A stretch of 64,000 bases of DNA. It comes from Perna viridis. Its lineage: Eukaryota. Under the pieces are notes generated by a model, which did no database searches, was not told the origin of the DNA, and saw nothing but the letters and a program-made list of their open reading frames with translations. Made by a program: the position numbers and the translations under genes. Below are positions 52,630 through 64,000 of the stretch, in pieces (position 1 is the stretch's first letter; each line of letters opens with the position of its first letter). The stretch is taken from the NCBI GenBank assembly GCA_037379345.1, contig CM074520.1, positions 38,412,664 to 38,476,663 on the forward strand, read 5' to 3'.

Positions 52630-54770
52630 GAAGAGTAATCAAGGGAACCAAGGTTATAGCAGCAATCAAAAGAATGCAATCCAGGGACAAAGACCAGACA
52701 TGGAAAACAGACATACACAACAAAGAACATAAAGTAACCAAAATCATACATACAAAGTAACAAAAGCAAATGAGCAACTCGGACTCCAATAAGCATGGAC
52801 CAGGTGCACCGGTAGGGTAAGCGTCTTTTGCTTTTCTAGAAACACCCGCCGAGTTGCTCATAACAAGTCAAGTCCGGGGTAGACAAACGAGGAAAGGAAA
52901 ACTATGTTTCGTTTCATGGTGCAGATGGATACATCATAACGTTCCACGAGTTCATGATGACGACCATAAAACTTCTGTAGTGATGACTTGTAGCAACATA
53001 CCTCTGTTCCAGAACCCTATTTGTTAGAGTTCTAGCGCGACACAAAAAGTCTGCGTAGTTTCGGCAAGCTCTGGCATAACGTATGAGTTGTGATATGAAC
53101 ACTCCATACACAGGTTGCCACAGACGAAAGGAAAGTTGACAATTTTGAATGAAAAGTCATCACGTTTGTGGTAAAGTTTGGTCAATAGTGTTCCTTTACC
53201 GTCGATTTCTAAGTGTAGGTCAAGATATGAGGCTGACTTCACAGTGTCTGTAGTATCCTTTATCTCAAGTTCTTTGGAGTAGATGCAATGTACCAAATCC
53301 CCAAAATTAGGATTGTTTAAAGATAATACGTCATCTATATAGCGGAAACTGAGATTCAACGATTTAGCCAAACGATATTCTTTCTTTCGGATCAAATCAG
53401 TTAGAAAGACAGCCTCATACGAGTGAAGGAATCAATCAGCAAGTAAAGGAGTTAAATTTGTTTCCATTGGAATGCCGATCGTTTGTTGAAAAATACGTCC
53501 ACCACACTGGACAAATATGTTGCCGATTAGAAGTTCCAGGATTTTGTAATCATCTTTCTCTGTATATTTGGAAGATGATTTGGAATTATTTCTTACAAAG
53601 TATGAGGAATCTCTACCAAGAACTATATATTTGTATCTAGGTGTACCATCTTTTTCGGAAGAAACAACAAAGTATAATGTTTTTAAGTCTGGATTTTAAC
53701 TGAGTATGGGGAATAGAAGTATACAGTGTTGAAATATCATAGGTTTTAATGCTATTATATTCAAATAATAGTCTTGAACTGATTGTCTCCTAAAGATCTT
53801 TCGAATTTTTCAGGATCCACATTGAATTAATACTACTACGGGAGTAACAAGTGTTGTGGTAGGACTGCAGACCCTCTTTGACAGTTGTGAGTATAGAAGT
53901 TAAAAGTTTTGAAAGAGGTTTGGTGGTACATTTTGCAGATCCAGCTATGAAACGTTGTCTGTATGAATTCGTGTGGAGTTTAGGAATCCAGTACATAGAC
54001 GGTACATCACAATCATCGTCCTTGGTAGAGACAGATTTATGGTTTTCCACAATCTCTTCTTTGGAGAGTGTGGTAGCAGTATAGGTCTCGTCACTGCTAT
54101 TATTTTGTATGTCTACCTCTTATAATAAACATTGGATGTAAAACGTTTTATAGACAAAAACAATGTTGCTTTGTGCTTTGTCTGCTGGTATGACAAATAC
54201 TTGTCATGTATAGTAGACAATGTTTTTGCTACATCGGGGTCTTTGAGAACTGATGTAGCCTTGGCACTCATTTACCTACTTAAAACTTTCATTCGTTTCA
54301 AAATTAAAGATCTCGCGGCCTGTAACCACTGTGATAGTGAATCAATGTCTTCTTGTTCTCTTTTTATCCATTTTCTTGCATAGTCCACGACGGCATCCAT
54401 AAGAACTTTAAAGTTAAAATTCCAATTTATGGAGCATGGTTCACTATACTTGGGACCTTTAGAAACGATATTATGCAGAGATTCGTTTTCGATGATGGTT
54501 AAATCTCCCGTAACGACGTGACCAGAAGGACCATATTTGAATGGAGAGTTTTTGCAAGAACAGTCAGGTGGTTTGGCCTTGAACTCCTCAATCTCGAGGT
54601 TCTGCAATAGCCTTTTATAATTGAAAATTTTGGATGCAATGGGTGAAGTATAGGAATAGGAAATAATTGGTATGAATTTGTCTTTGAAATATGGGGGAAT
54701 TTTGTTGGTAATGTATACGTTAGAACGTATACGTTAAGAAACGTATTGCTGATAGGTTGCATCAAAACCT
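52630..54770 (-). mobile_element. Penelope-like retroelement (decayed RT plus 3' pseudo-LTR), 5'-truncated
   Basis: RT motifs: SMYWIPKLH..RFIAGS.KCTTKPLS, MWILKNSKDL, DISTLYTSIPH, QQTIGIPME, FRYIDDVLSLNN, SASYLDLHL, YGVFISQLIRYARAC. Pseudo-LTR at 52630-52895. Confidence 0.92.
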
Positions 54771-56299
54771 ATTATACAATCAGTTCACAAAATTAAAAGA
54801 CTTATAGAACACGTATTGTTCTTTTTAACAAGGAAGATTCAGATACATTAAAACATTAGTTTGTTCAAATCCTTATGTAACATATGCATCATTAACTAGA
54901 ATCCAAATAACATTTCAGGTTTATCAACCCCACAAAGAGGGGACTCCTTCCATAGTAAACATTGTACTTACTCAGAACGCTGTTTATTGCTGGAATAGAA
55001 AGAGGTTGTTTCAAGTTAATCAAGAGTAATAAAGTCGACTAATCGCAATTTTAAAAGCAAACATCTTATTATTTTTTAAAATTTAATAATACAATTGCTC
55101 TGATATCATTTATATAATAATATAACATAAATGGATATTTTACTGAGCGTATTTTTTTTCAAACTTAAACTTAAACTGTAATTACGCATAAATAATTCTT
55201 AATAAACATTAAATTCAGAATCTGTGAAATTATTTCTTTCCAAAGATGTGACCACATTGCAGATGGAACATTTTCATCACTTTATATGAATTTTGAAATC
55301 ACAAACTGGGAATAATATAAAGTATTTTAATATAAAAATCGACAGTTGTATTACATTTATACATCTGTACCATTCAAACAATAATATGCCAGTTTTCAAT
55401 AAAATTATTTGAGTGATTGTTACATTTTTGAGGTATCGTTAGTTTGGTAACTTGTTTAATATGTCCATAAGAGTATCATTGTTGTGCTTACTGAGGAAGT
55501 TTAAGTTATGTGTAAACATTTGTAAGAATCGGGGAAAAATTGGGAAAGCAGAAACATGTACACAAAACATACCGATCTTAAAATAAGATTTCTATTATTT
55601 TTTTCTATATAATAAGGCCATTATTTGATCTCTGAGTCACTGAATCTGTTTTCAATAGAATGTTAAGAAATGAAATTTTTGAGTGAGTAATCTGCCCTTG
55701 AAATGTTGATTTCATTGCGTTTCAATTAAATTAGATCTCAATTTACCATTATATGGAAGGTCTCCTATTTCCTTGGTTCTGATGGTGCAAATACTAAAAT
55801 TACAGTGTAAAAATGATGTTTGTTTATACCATGATTTAACCTCTGGCTGATTCTTACAGAGATTGATACTTGAAATATAAGCTCAACAAATATTAACATT
55901 AGAAAAAAATGATGCTGTAATGATTGAATTTTAGAAAACTACAGACATACTTCCTTTCCATGAACAAGAATGTAAATCAAAGCGAGTAATTTAAAATATT
56001 TGTTTTTCATAATAATTGTCTGTAAAGGAGGTTAAACTTTCATTGTCAGTTAACAGTTAATAAAAGAAGAATGAAAATATGAAATTGATATGTCCAAAAC
56101 AGCAAATGTAAATGCTCACGTATAACTTAAATCAACATTAGTAAATAACGTTTAATTTAATTCTTAATATTTTTTTCATTTATTTATTATTTATAATTTT
56201 TACCATAATTATTTTTAAGACTTTATCCACCACGCTTTGTTCATTTTAATTTTTATTTACAATATTGTTTGATATTATCTGCCACTTTCTGAAAACAAC

Positions 56300-58040
56300 A
56301 GTGAACAAGGGAACCAAGATTCTAGTGGAAATCAATAGAATGCAATACAGGGACAAACACCACACATGGAAAACAGACATACACAACAAAGAAAATAAAG
56401 TAACGAAAATAAAGCCTACAAAGTGACAAAGGTAAATGAGCAACTCGACTCCACCAAAAACTGGAAGCATGGACCAGGTGTACCGGTAGGGTAAGCGTCC
56501 TCTGCTCTTTTTGAAACCCCAACCTAGTTGATCATAAAAGTCAATAGTTTTTTTTTTACCATCGATCTCTAAGTGTAGGTCAAGATATGAGGCTGACTTC
56601 ACATTGTCTGTAGTATCCTTTATTTGAAGTTCTTTTGGGTAGGTGCGATGAATAAATTCTCAAAAAGTTAAACGATAATACCTAATCTATATAGATGAAA
56701 GTGGGAAATAGAAGTATAAAAAGTATAGAAATCATAGCTTTCAATGCGTTTGTAATCTAATAATAAATTAAACGTTTTAAAAGAGGTTTTGTGGTACATT
56801 TTAAAGATCCAGATATGTAGCGTTGTTAGTTTAGATTATTTTGGAGTTTAGGAATCCAGTACATGCACGGTAGATCATAATCATCGTCTTTGGTAGAAAG
56901 GCCAAAATAAGATAGCACATATTTATGGTTTTCCACTATCTCTTCTTTGGAGGGTGTGGTGGCAGTATAGATTTTATTCTGGCCTTTTTACTTCTATCTT
57001 GAGATTTAGCAATAGACTTTTATAGTTAGTAATGTTGGATGCAATACGAAGTATAAAGTAAAGTATAGGAAAATGAAATAATCGGTATTGATTTGTCTTT
57101 GAAATAAGGGGCAATTTTGTTCATGACATTTTTGTAATGGCGGATGTCTGCCCAATTCAATACATCAATACCTTTGTTGACAAATGGCTTTGGAAGCAAT
57201 GATATTTTTATTTTTATCTTGACCTTTAACATCAAATTGTTGAAAGAGTAATCAAGGGAACCAAGGTTATAGCGGTAATCAAAAGAATGTAATCCAGGGA
57301 CAAAGACCCGACATGGAAAACAGACATACACAACAAAGAACATAAAGTAACTAAAATCATACATACAAAGTAACAAAAGTAAATGAGCAACTCGGACTCC
57401 ACTAAAAACTGGGAGCATGGACCAGGTGCACCGGTAGGGTAGGCGTCCTCTGCTTTTCTCACCCGCCGAGTTGCTCATAAAAAGTGAAGTCTGGGGTAGA
57501 CAAACGAGGAAAGGACAAATATGACCCGCTAAATAAATCAGTTTTCATGGTGCAAATGGATACACCATAACGATCCATGAGTTCATGATGACGACCATAG
57601 AACTTCATAGAACTTCTGTAGTGATGACTTCAATCTTGTAACAACATAACCCTTTCCAGAAGCCTATTTGTTAGAGTTCTAGTGCGATCCAAAAAGTCTG
57701 TGGTAACCAATATAAAAATATTAAGGTAGGTTCAGAAACAGGAATTTCAAGACTTGATGTGTAAAAGGAGCACAGTAGAATGAGAGATATAGTTTACAGT
57801 CTAGTTCAATTGTGATGAAGTCCGAGATGTTTTTGTATGAAAGGAAAGATGACCATCTTTGGAAACATTACGCATCTTAGGTGATGTAAAGTGGCGATGG
57901 CCATGACCCCTTATCCGTCTTAGATTTTTGTTAAATAAATTCATCACATTTATGATAGTATTATAATGGCTTGAAAGGTTTCCTATTCTTTTGATGTTGT
58001 CATTGCACACGTAAGATATTGCAGTACCTATTCTGCGGTC
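56300..58040 (-). mobile_element. Fragmented tandem Penelope-like copies (pLTR-RT pieces-pLTR-RT end-N-terminal piece)
   Basis: pLTRs at 56300-56545 and 57243-57515; SASYLDLHLEIDGK near 56580; MYWIPKL near 56860; FVNKGID...IAPYFKDKSIPIISFSY near 57070-57190; FYGRHHEL near 57590. Confidence 0.85.
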
Positions 58041-59894
58041 CTAGTATTCCTCTCTTTCCCTACGATAGTTTTTACTTAAGCCAGGAATGTTCGTTGGGGG
58101 GTATTAAAATTTTGCATATTTCACTATTTTAATTCCACATTTTGATATATATTAGATATTTTGTACATTATGGATTAGTAGACTGACTGTGTGATTGAGT
58201 AAACTTTGTTTGAATTGTCGGGGCACCAACCATACCAGATGTTAGAATGCTAGTAGTACAATAAAACGATGACGAACAACATTGTACTATATCAAAATGT
58301 GGAATTAAAATTGCAAAACATGCAAAATTCTAATGACCGAATCAATAAATAACTTGTTAATGGAATATTTTTTCTTATTTTGTAGAATTAAAACAAATGA
58401 TTTTTTTCTTTGATTAGTTATGTTCACTTTTTGAAAAATAAATAGGTACAACTATTGAACTAATATACACGAAAACGCGTTTAATATCTTATAAAATTAT
58501 GTGTCAATGAATTTATCAATTTCCCCTCTAAGATTGGCAAATACACAAACATTTTGATCTTAAGTATCAACTTTTAGTTCTTATTCAGAAACCGGTATAG
58601 ATCACATAATCTGTCTACGTTATTTATTCGGGCGTTGTGCTTTTCAGATAAAATTAATATAAACTGAAATTAGAACTTGGCAAAGTTATCGATCGTGATT
58701 TTGTATGATTTGGTTGATTTCAGTTTTTAGATTAAAACGAAGTTTCTCAACAGTACAGAACTAAATACAGAAAAGGCTATTGCCACAAAATATATAGCAA
58801 ATATTGACCAAAATATCTTTTGTTCTGTAAATTTTTCTACACAATGAATCATAGGCATTGTCTCAATGTTGTATGGAATGGTACTTAAAATGTTACACAT
58901 AAATTTACCTGCAACTAGTGCATCTGTATCTGTATTTTCCAATCTGTTCTTTCCTACAATAACAATATAAAAAAATGAAACATTTAGAGCTTTCCTCCAT
59001 ATACAGTACAGTAAACTTTTCAAACGTTAGAGATACTATCTGCACTTTTTATATTGTTATATGAATCTATTAATGTTTTATTCATTCATAGCCCACCCTG
59101 GTCATTATCTATATGTGTAGGCCGAAGAATAATAGGATATTTATTTGAAAAGAACGAGTTGTTAAAATATGATCACGAGTACAGAGTCCAATGCTTAACG
59201 AATGTGCGGGTCTCTTCTGCGCATAATTGAAATCTTAAGGCGTTCTTGGCAAAAAAATCGCTTTTTATTTACAGGTAGGCTATTACTTTTCTGCGAACGA
59301 TTTCACTTCAATTAACATTGTTCAAGCCTTAAACACACGTGACTCGAGAAGTCGATTTCACGATTCAAGCAATTGCTCCACTTTCTATTTCAAAAATAAG
59401 AATTAAACAAGCCTGCTCATACTCATATGTTAAAATCTGAAATATGCCGAATCGACATAATGAATAGTCACTCATTATTGAATTATAATTTATAGTGTAT
59501 ATGAAACAAGCAATGGAAGTCTCGTAACGGGAGCGTGGGTATAAAGACGATGCCATCTGCATATTGTTAAATGGAAGCACTATTGATTTTAGTGTTAGCT
59601 TTCATATAATGGGGATATACTATCCCTGAGTTATTTTCTACAGTTTCCGCCTTAGACCTAAAACAGTGACTTATATTTGATATTCAACATATTTTCTCAG
59701 GGAAGAAGAAATAAAGACGACATAAGATTTTAACCTTTTAATATATTCCCTTACAAATTAATAGTGAATAATCTGAATAGGAAAACAATGGCACCATGAT
59801 TCGAAATCCAAGAAAACAATCCAAGGTTTGGCAGTTGATACTTTTCTCCTCAACACTCTTTGATCTGACGAAGGCCGTAAGTCCGTAAATTTAA

Positions 59895-60316
59895 AAGTCC
59901 GTGCAACACAAATTGCGATCGATCGAACATCGATCAACGATCAGTTTCCGGTCAGTCGTCGATCCGTCATACCGATCCCTTTAATTGGTGATCGCATCAC
60001 ATGACCACAGAGCGGTCAATGTATTTTACCGGACTTTTGTTTTTGTTTTTGTTTGTTTGTTTGTTTTGTTTTGTCTTGTTTTTGTTTTTGTTTTTTTTTT
60101 CTTTTTTTGTCAATTTTACATATATTTGCATAATGTTATATATTTAAACATCAATTTATACTTTTATTTGTCATTTCTTTTATTTAAAACTGATCTTACG
60201 TCATTTTAAATAACAAAAATGCGATCAGAACGGTCATCGATCATCGATCCGTCAGCGATCAATCAGGCAATGGTCATCGATCCGTCAAATTGTTGCGTGG
60301 ATCGGTTCACGGACTG
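59895..60316. mobile_element. MITE with AGTCCGTG/CACGGACT termini and GATC-rich subterminal repeats
   Basis: Short TIRs; many GATCG/TCGATC motifs at both ends; AT-rich middle. Confidence 0.6.
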
Positions 60317-61105
60317 TATGTAAATTAAGAATAGCGGTATTGATTGGGGAAAATGAACAAACTTGATTCAACGTACGTTCGACATAAGAATTAAACAATT
60401 ATAATGTAATTGCTGACCTTACACGCTTTCTGATTGGATAAATATTTTGTCCATCACCTCATGGACCAAATTGTGTTGTGTGACAGTGACTTGCTGATTT
60501 ACCCGTTTTAAAACTTTGATACCAAAAGTAAATTATTAGGAGTGACTGTTATATTTTTTGATCTATTGAAAATTATTTCAATGACCGTTGCGCACATTTT
60601 AAAATATTAGTAAGCAGCATGCAATTGAGATATTTCATCAAAAACCGAAAAATTTAAGAAACCATAATCCTCAAGAATCAACATATATATACATCAAGGC
60701 GGTAATATAATAATACCATTACGATAAATTCGAACGAGATAATAATGGAGAGGGGCCAATGGGGATATAATGAGGAAATTTTTACCATTCAAGGGCTGCA
60801 TCAGATATTACTCGTTTGACAAAATCAACATATCTCATATAAATACATATGGTTTATTTCCAGTTGTATCATTGTTAGTCTGCTTTTGTATTTTACTGAA
60901 ATGAAATATACTTCAGATTTACAAAACAAAAAAGTATTTATGTAAATTCGAGTAAATAAAAAATTAATTCATATTTTTTTTTAATTCAGATCTCGTTTGG
61001 ATAGCTAAAAAATATTACCCTCAATAAACGACAATAATTAATTTTACTGCTTATTTTTTTTTCTATTTAGAGTCTACCTTTTATCATAATTTATGGTAAA
61101 CCAAC

Positions 61106-61872
61106 CTCGTATCGATAGATCCAAATAATTTAGAAATTGAGACATTATTTGCTTCTTTAGGTCTATACATCAGCCTGGTCACTGATGGTAAGCCCATTAC
61201 TGTTAGCTATTCAACATCTAATTTTAATTGACTCATTTGCTTGTTCAATTCGTGGTCTTCAGTATTATCTTGAATGGTTTTCAGTACCTGTTTGTAGTTT
61301 TGTATCTTTTCAAGTTCTGTATTGAAGTCTTCCTGCATACTGGTCAATGTTTTCAACTGCCTGGATTCATAGACCTTGACCTTTTTAACGAGTTCCTCAA
61401 CCTTTCTATCAATCAATTGTTTTAAACGATTCCCTTCTTCCATGATTGCGTTTATGGCAAATTTTGCTTCATTTTGTTTCTGGTTAGTTCCTTTTTCAAG
61501 TTAGTTTACGCTCTTCTGTAGTTTCCCCATCTTTGTTTCTATAATTTCGTTTACATCAATTCGCAACTTTTCAGAATATCCTGCCAAATCTGACACTTTG
61601 TGCCCGTTATGATTTTTTACGACACAAATTCTGCAAACTTGTGTATCACACTGGAGGCACTGGTAGATAAACAATTCGTTATGTTGTTGACAGTTCAATT
61701 TTACATGTTTTCTTATATTGTCACCAGACCCGAAGGTGTGATTCTTTGTTATATTTGATCTAAGGTGTCCTACTTTGCAGTTCTGGCAAAAGAGTTGGTC
61801 ACACTGCTGACACAGATATCGACCCGAAGCACTTACACAAATATCACATGTTTTAGAAGCCATCTGAGCCAT
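61106..61872 (-). pseudogene. B-box1/B-box2/coiled-coil (TRIM-like, RING-less) first coding exon with two in-frame stops
   Basis: MAQMASKTCDIC..C..CDQLFC..C..H..H; CQQHNE..C..C..C..C..HNGH; coiled coil. TAA at 61501-61503 and TAG at 61207-61209 lie in one frame that continues to LFGSIDT and a GT donor at 61104-61105. Acceptor near 61890, upstream donor near 62022-62027. Confidence 0.85.
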
Positions 61873-62597
61873 CGTGTATCTAAATATTCCTGTAAAATAT
61901 GACGTGACATATAAATATTTTCAAATATATATTAATTAGAAATCAACCATTATTTCAATTGACCTTCACAACTTACAATATACATCATAGGTACATAAAG
62001 TGCTATAGCAATTTCACCTTGCTTTACCTTGCCTTTGAAGAAGAGTGTATTCAACAGTTGTCGGGGGGGGGGGGGTAGTAATAAATAATAAAGTAACAGT
62101 CGAAAAAAAGGCGTTCGGTTAACACCGCTTTACATTTCATTTAAACTGATATTAAGGAAGATATACCATTTGTCTTTTTTCCTTGTCAGAATTAAGGTCT
62201 GGTAGTAGCGATCAATTAATATGCCGAACGTAGTTTTGTTAAAAACAGTTTACTTTTTACAAACAAGCCTGTTCACTTTTAAGTATGCATATAAAGGAAG
62301 TTATTGTTTACCAATATAATTTCCCCATAGAAAGCAGTGCAATGACAGCTTGCATTAAATTTTCATATTCCACTTTTAGCAAATAATGTCAGGATTTGTG
62401 ACACTTTCTGTGAAAAACATTCAAGTAAAAAGACCGAGTTATATTGCCATACAAAAAAATCTTATTTAAAAAAAAGTCTTATTGCATGAAAACTGGGAAA
62501 TGTTATCCCTTGTAGATTGTATATTGCACTCGTTAACTCGTGCAATATAACATTTTACTCGATATTATATCCCCCAGTATGTATATATTTTATTCTA

Positions 62598-62970
62598 TTA
62601 CCACACTGTCCAGCGAGATAGGAAAGCTCCACGGCAAGATGCACGTGCTACTCGGGATAATATTTCCAGGTATTTGTGTAAAACCCTAAATCACTATTGT
62701 GTAATTTCTTGAAATACAATTTATTCTTGACTTCAATAAAAATATATATCTTATTACCCCACACTGTCGAGCGAGTGTGGACAGCTCCACGGCAAATACA
62801 TGTGCTACTTGGGGTTATATTTCCAAGGATGTATGTAATAACCCTATCATCATTGTATAATTTGTTGAAATTTTAGCGTAATACTTTTTTAATAAAAAAA
62901 ATGTCTATATCTCATCTCCACAATGTCCAGCGAGAGTAGAAAGCTCCGCGGCAAAATGCACGTGCAAGTA
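62598..62970. repeat. About 158-bp tandem repeat (2 full copies plus 1 partial)
   Basis: CCACACTGTCCAGCGAG..GAAAGCTCCACGGCAA at about 62601, 62759 and 62918. Confidence 0.85.
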
Positions 62971-63494
62971 CAGGGGTACAGAATTATGAGAACAAAACTT
63001 TTCTACTAGAAAATGTTGTTTCTCGGGGAGATTGCTACATACCAAGACGTGATTCATTCCAATATATATTTTAAGAAATAAAAATATGTCATGAACGATG
63101 TTTCAAATCACATATTGTGTGTAAGTGGCTGTTGTCCTTCTCTTGACCAGCATGTCAATTTAAATACAGTTGACATTAATATATGGGGAGCATTTCAAAA
63201 CTTTATCTCGGGTATGTTATTTTGGCATTCTCAGCAAATGATACAACGATACAAACAAACAAGAAAAAATCATCTAATATTTGACACCACATTAATGTAA
63301 CTTTCTCATATCAAGGTGATGATATATCTAAAAACTTGTCTAGTTCCATAGATTTGTGTCTAGTCAGAGGAGACCTTGCGGTGAAAATTAGTCTAATTTT
63401 GTTGAAGATCAATAATAAACCTAAAATGAATTTAGTCTTCATTCTTGAAAATTCTGATAACATCGCAGCACCTTTCTATTGTGACATCAACTTT

Positions 63495-63828
63495 TTGACG
63501 TAACTTCATCGACCAATCATAAAAAATTGAATAATTATTTGAAGATAGAAACAATTTATTTGGGAATCTATGTTAGCAAAATAAATTACATAATCAATTC
63601 GTTATCGTGACTACTATGTAACCAAAATGTAACAACTCGTACCGGAGACGCTTGACGTAACTTATGTTTGGGAACATTAATCGACCAATCATAAAAATTG
63701 AATAATTATTTGAAGATAGAAACAATATTTTGGGGAAATCTATGTTAGCGAAATAAATTACATAATCAATTCGTTATCGTGACTACTAAGTAACCAAAAT
63801 GTAACAACTCGTGCCGAAGACGCTTGAA
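63495..63828. repeat. About 160-170-bp tandem duplication
   Basis: TTGACGTAACTT...ATCGACCAATCATAAAAATTGAATAATTATTTGAAG...AACTCGT.CCG.AGACGCTTGA twice. Confidence 0.9.
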
Positions 63829-64000
63829 GAATTAATAACTTGAAACTCTAACTTTTACTAGTAAATTGATAGCAGTAGTTATTTTTTCCACATATCCTAG
63901 AAAAAAAAGCCATTTTCGTTTTTAAAGGAGGTAGAGCTACGGTAAGAGACACAACGCTTAAAAAACATTGGAACGTTTGTAATCGGCATTTTACATCAAT

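Noticed and set aside
52470-52861. Recurring hydrophobic ORFs (also 56246-56602 and 57026-57478)
   Set aside because: They are translations of the T-rich Penelope pseudo-LTR, and frames are not consistently conserved across copies.
58727-59023. 98-aa hydrophobic ORF as a membrane protein or TRIM exon
   Set aside because: No recognisable motif or supporting splice context; typical of AT-rich chance ORFs.

Overview
AT-rich eukaryotic scaffold window with two N gaps. It is most likely from a bivalve mollusc; the B-box/TRIM N-terminus and the repeat families look mytilid-like (inference). I found no intact protein-coding gene. The left 25 kb holds two co-oriented minus-strand pseudogenes. One is a Ser/Pro-rich C2H2 zinc-finger gene (about 4360->2088), split by a 5'-truncated CR1/L2-type LINE with an 11-bp TSD. 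The other is a SET-domain gene of about 12 exons (21884->11601) with acidic exons, a 30-bp minisatellite exon and a C-terminal Myb/trihelix-like domain. Just upstream of the SET gene, a 20-bp perfect palindrome and GTCCTCA repeats abut a (CA)18 microsatellite, resembling the end of a microsatellite-targeting Crypton-type transposon. The best candidate for an unusual system is therefore a decayed transposon-borne 'SET + zinc-finger' cargo; no recombinase or left end was found. The rest of the window contains a decayed DIRS1 retrotransposon (33.3-36.1 kb), Penelope-like retroelement remnants with a conserved structured pseudo-LTR, several MITEs and tandem repeats, and a B-box/coiled-coil (TRIM-like) pseudo-exon with two in-frame stops. 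All family assignments come from recognised motifs and recollection, not database searches.
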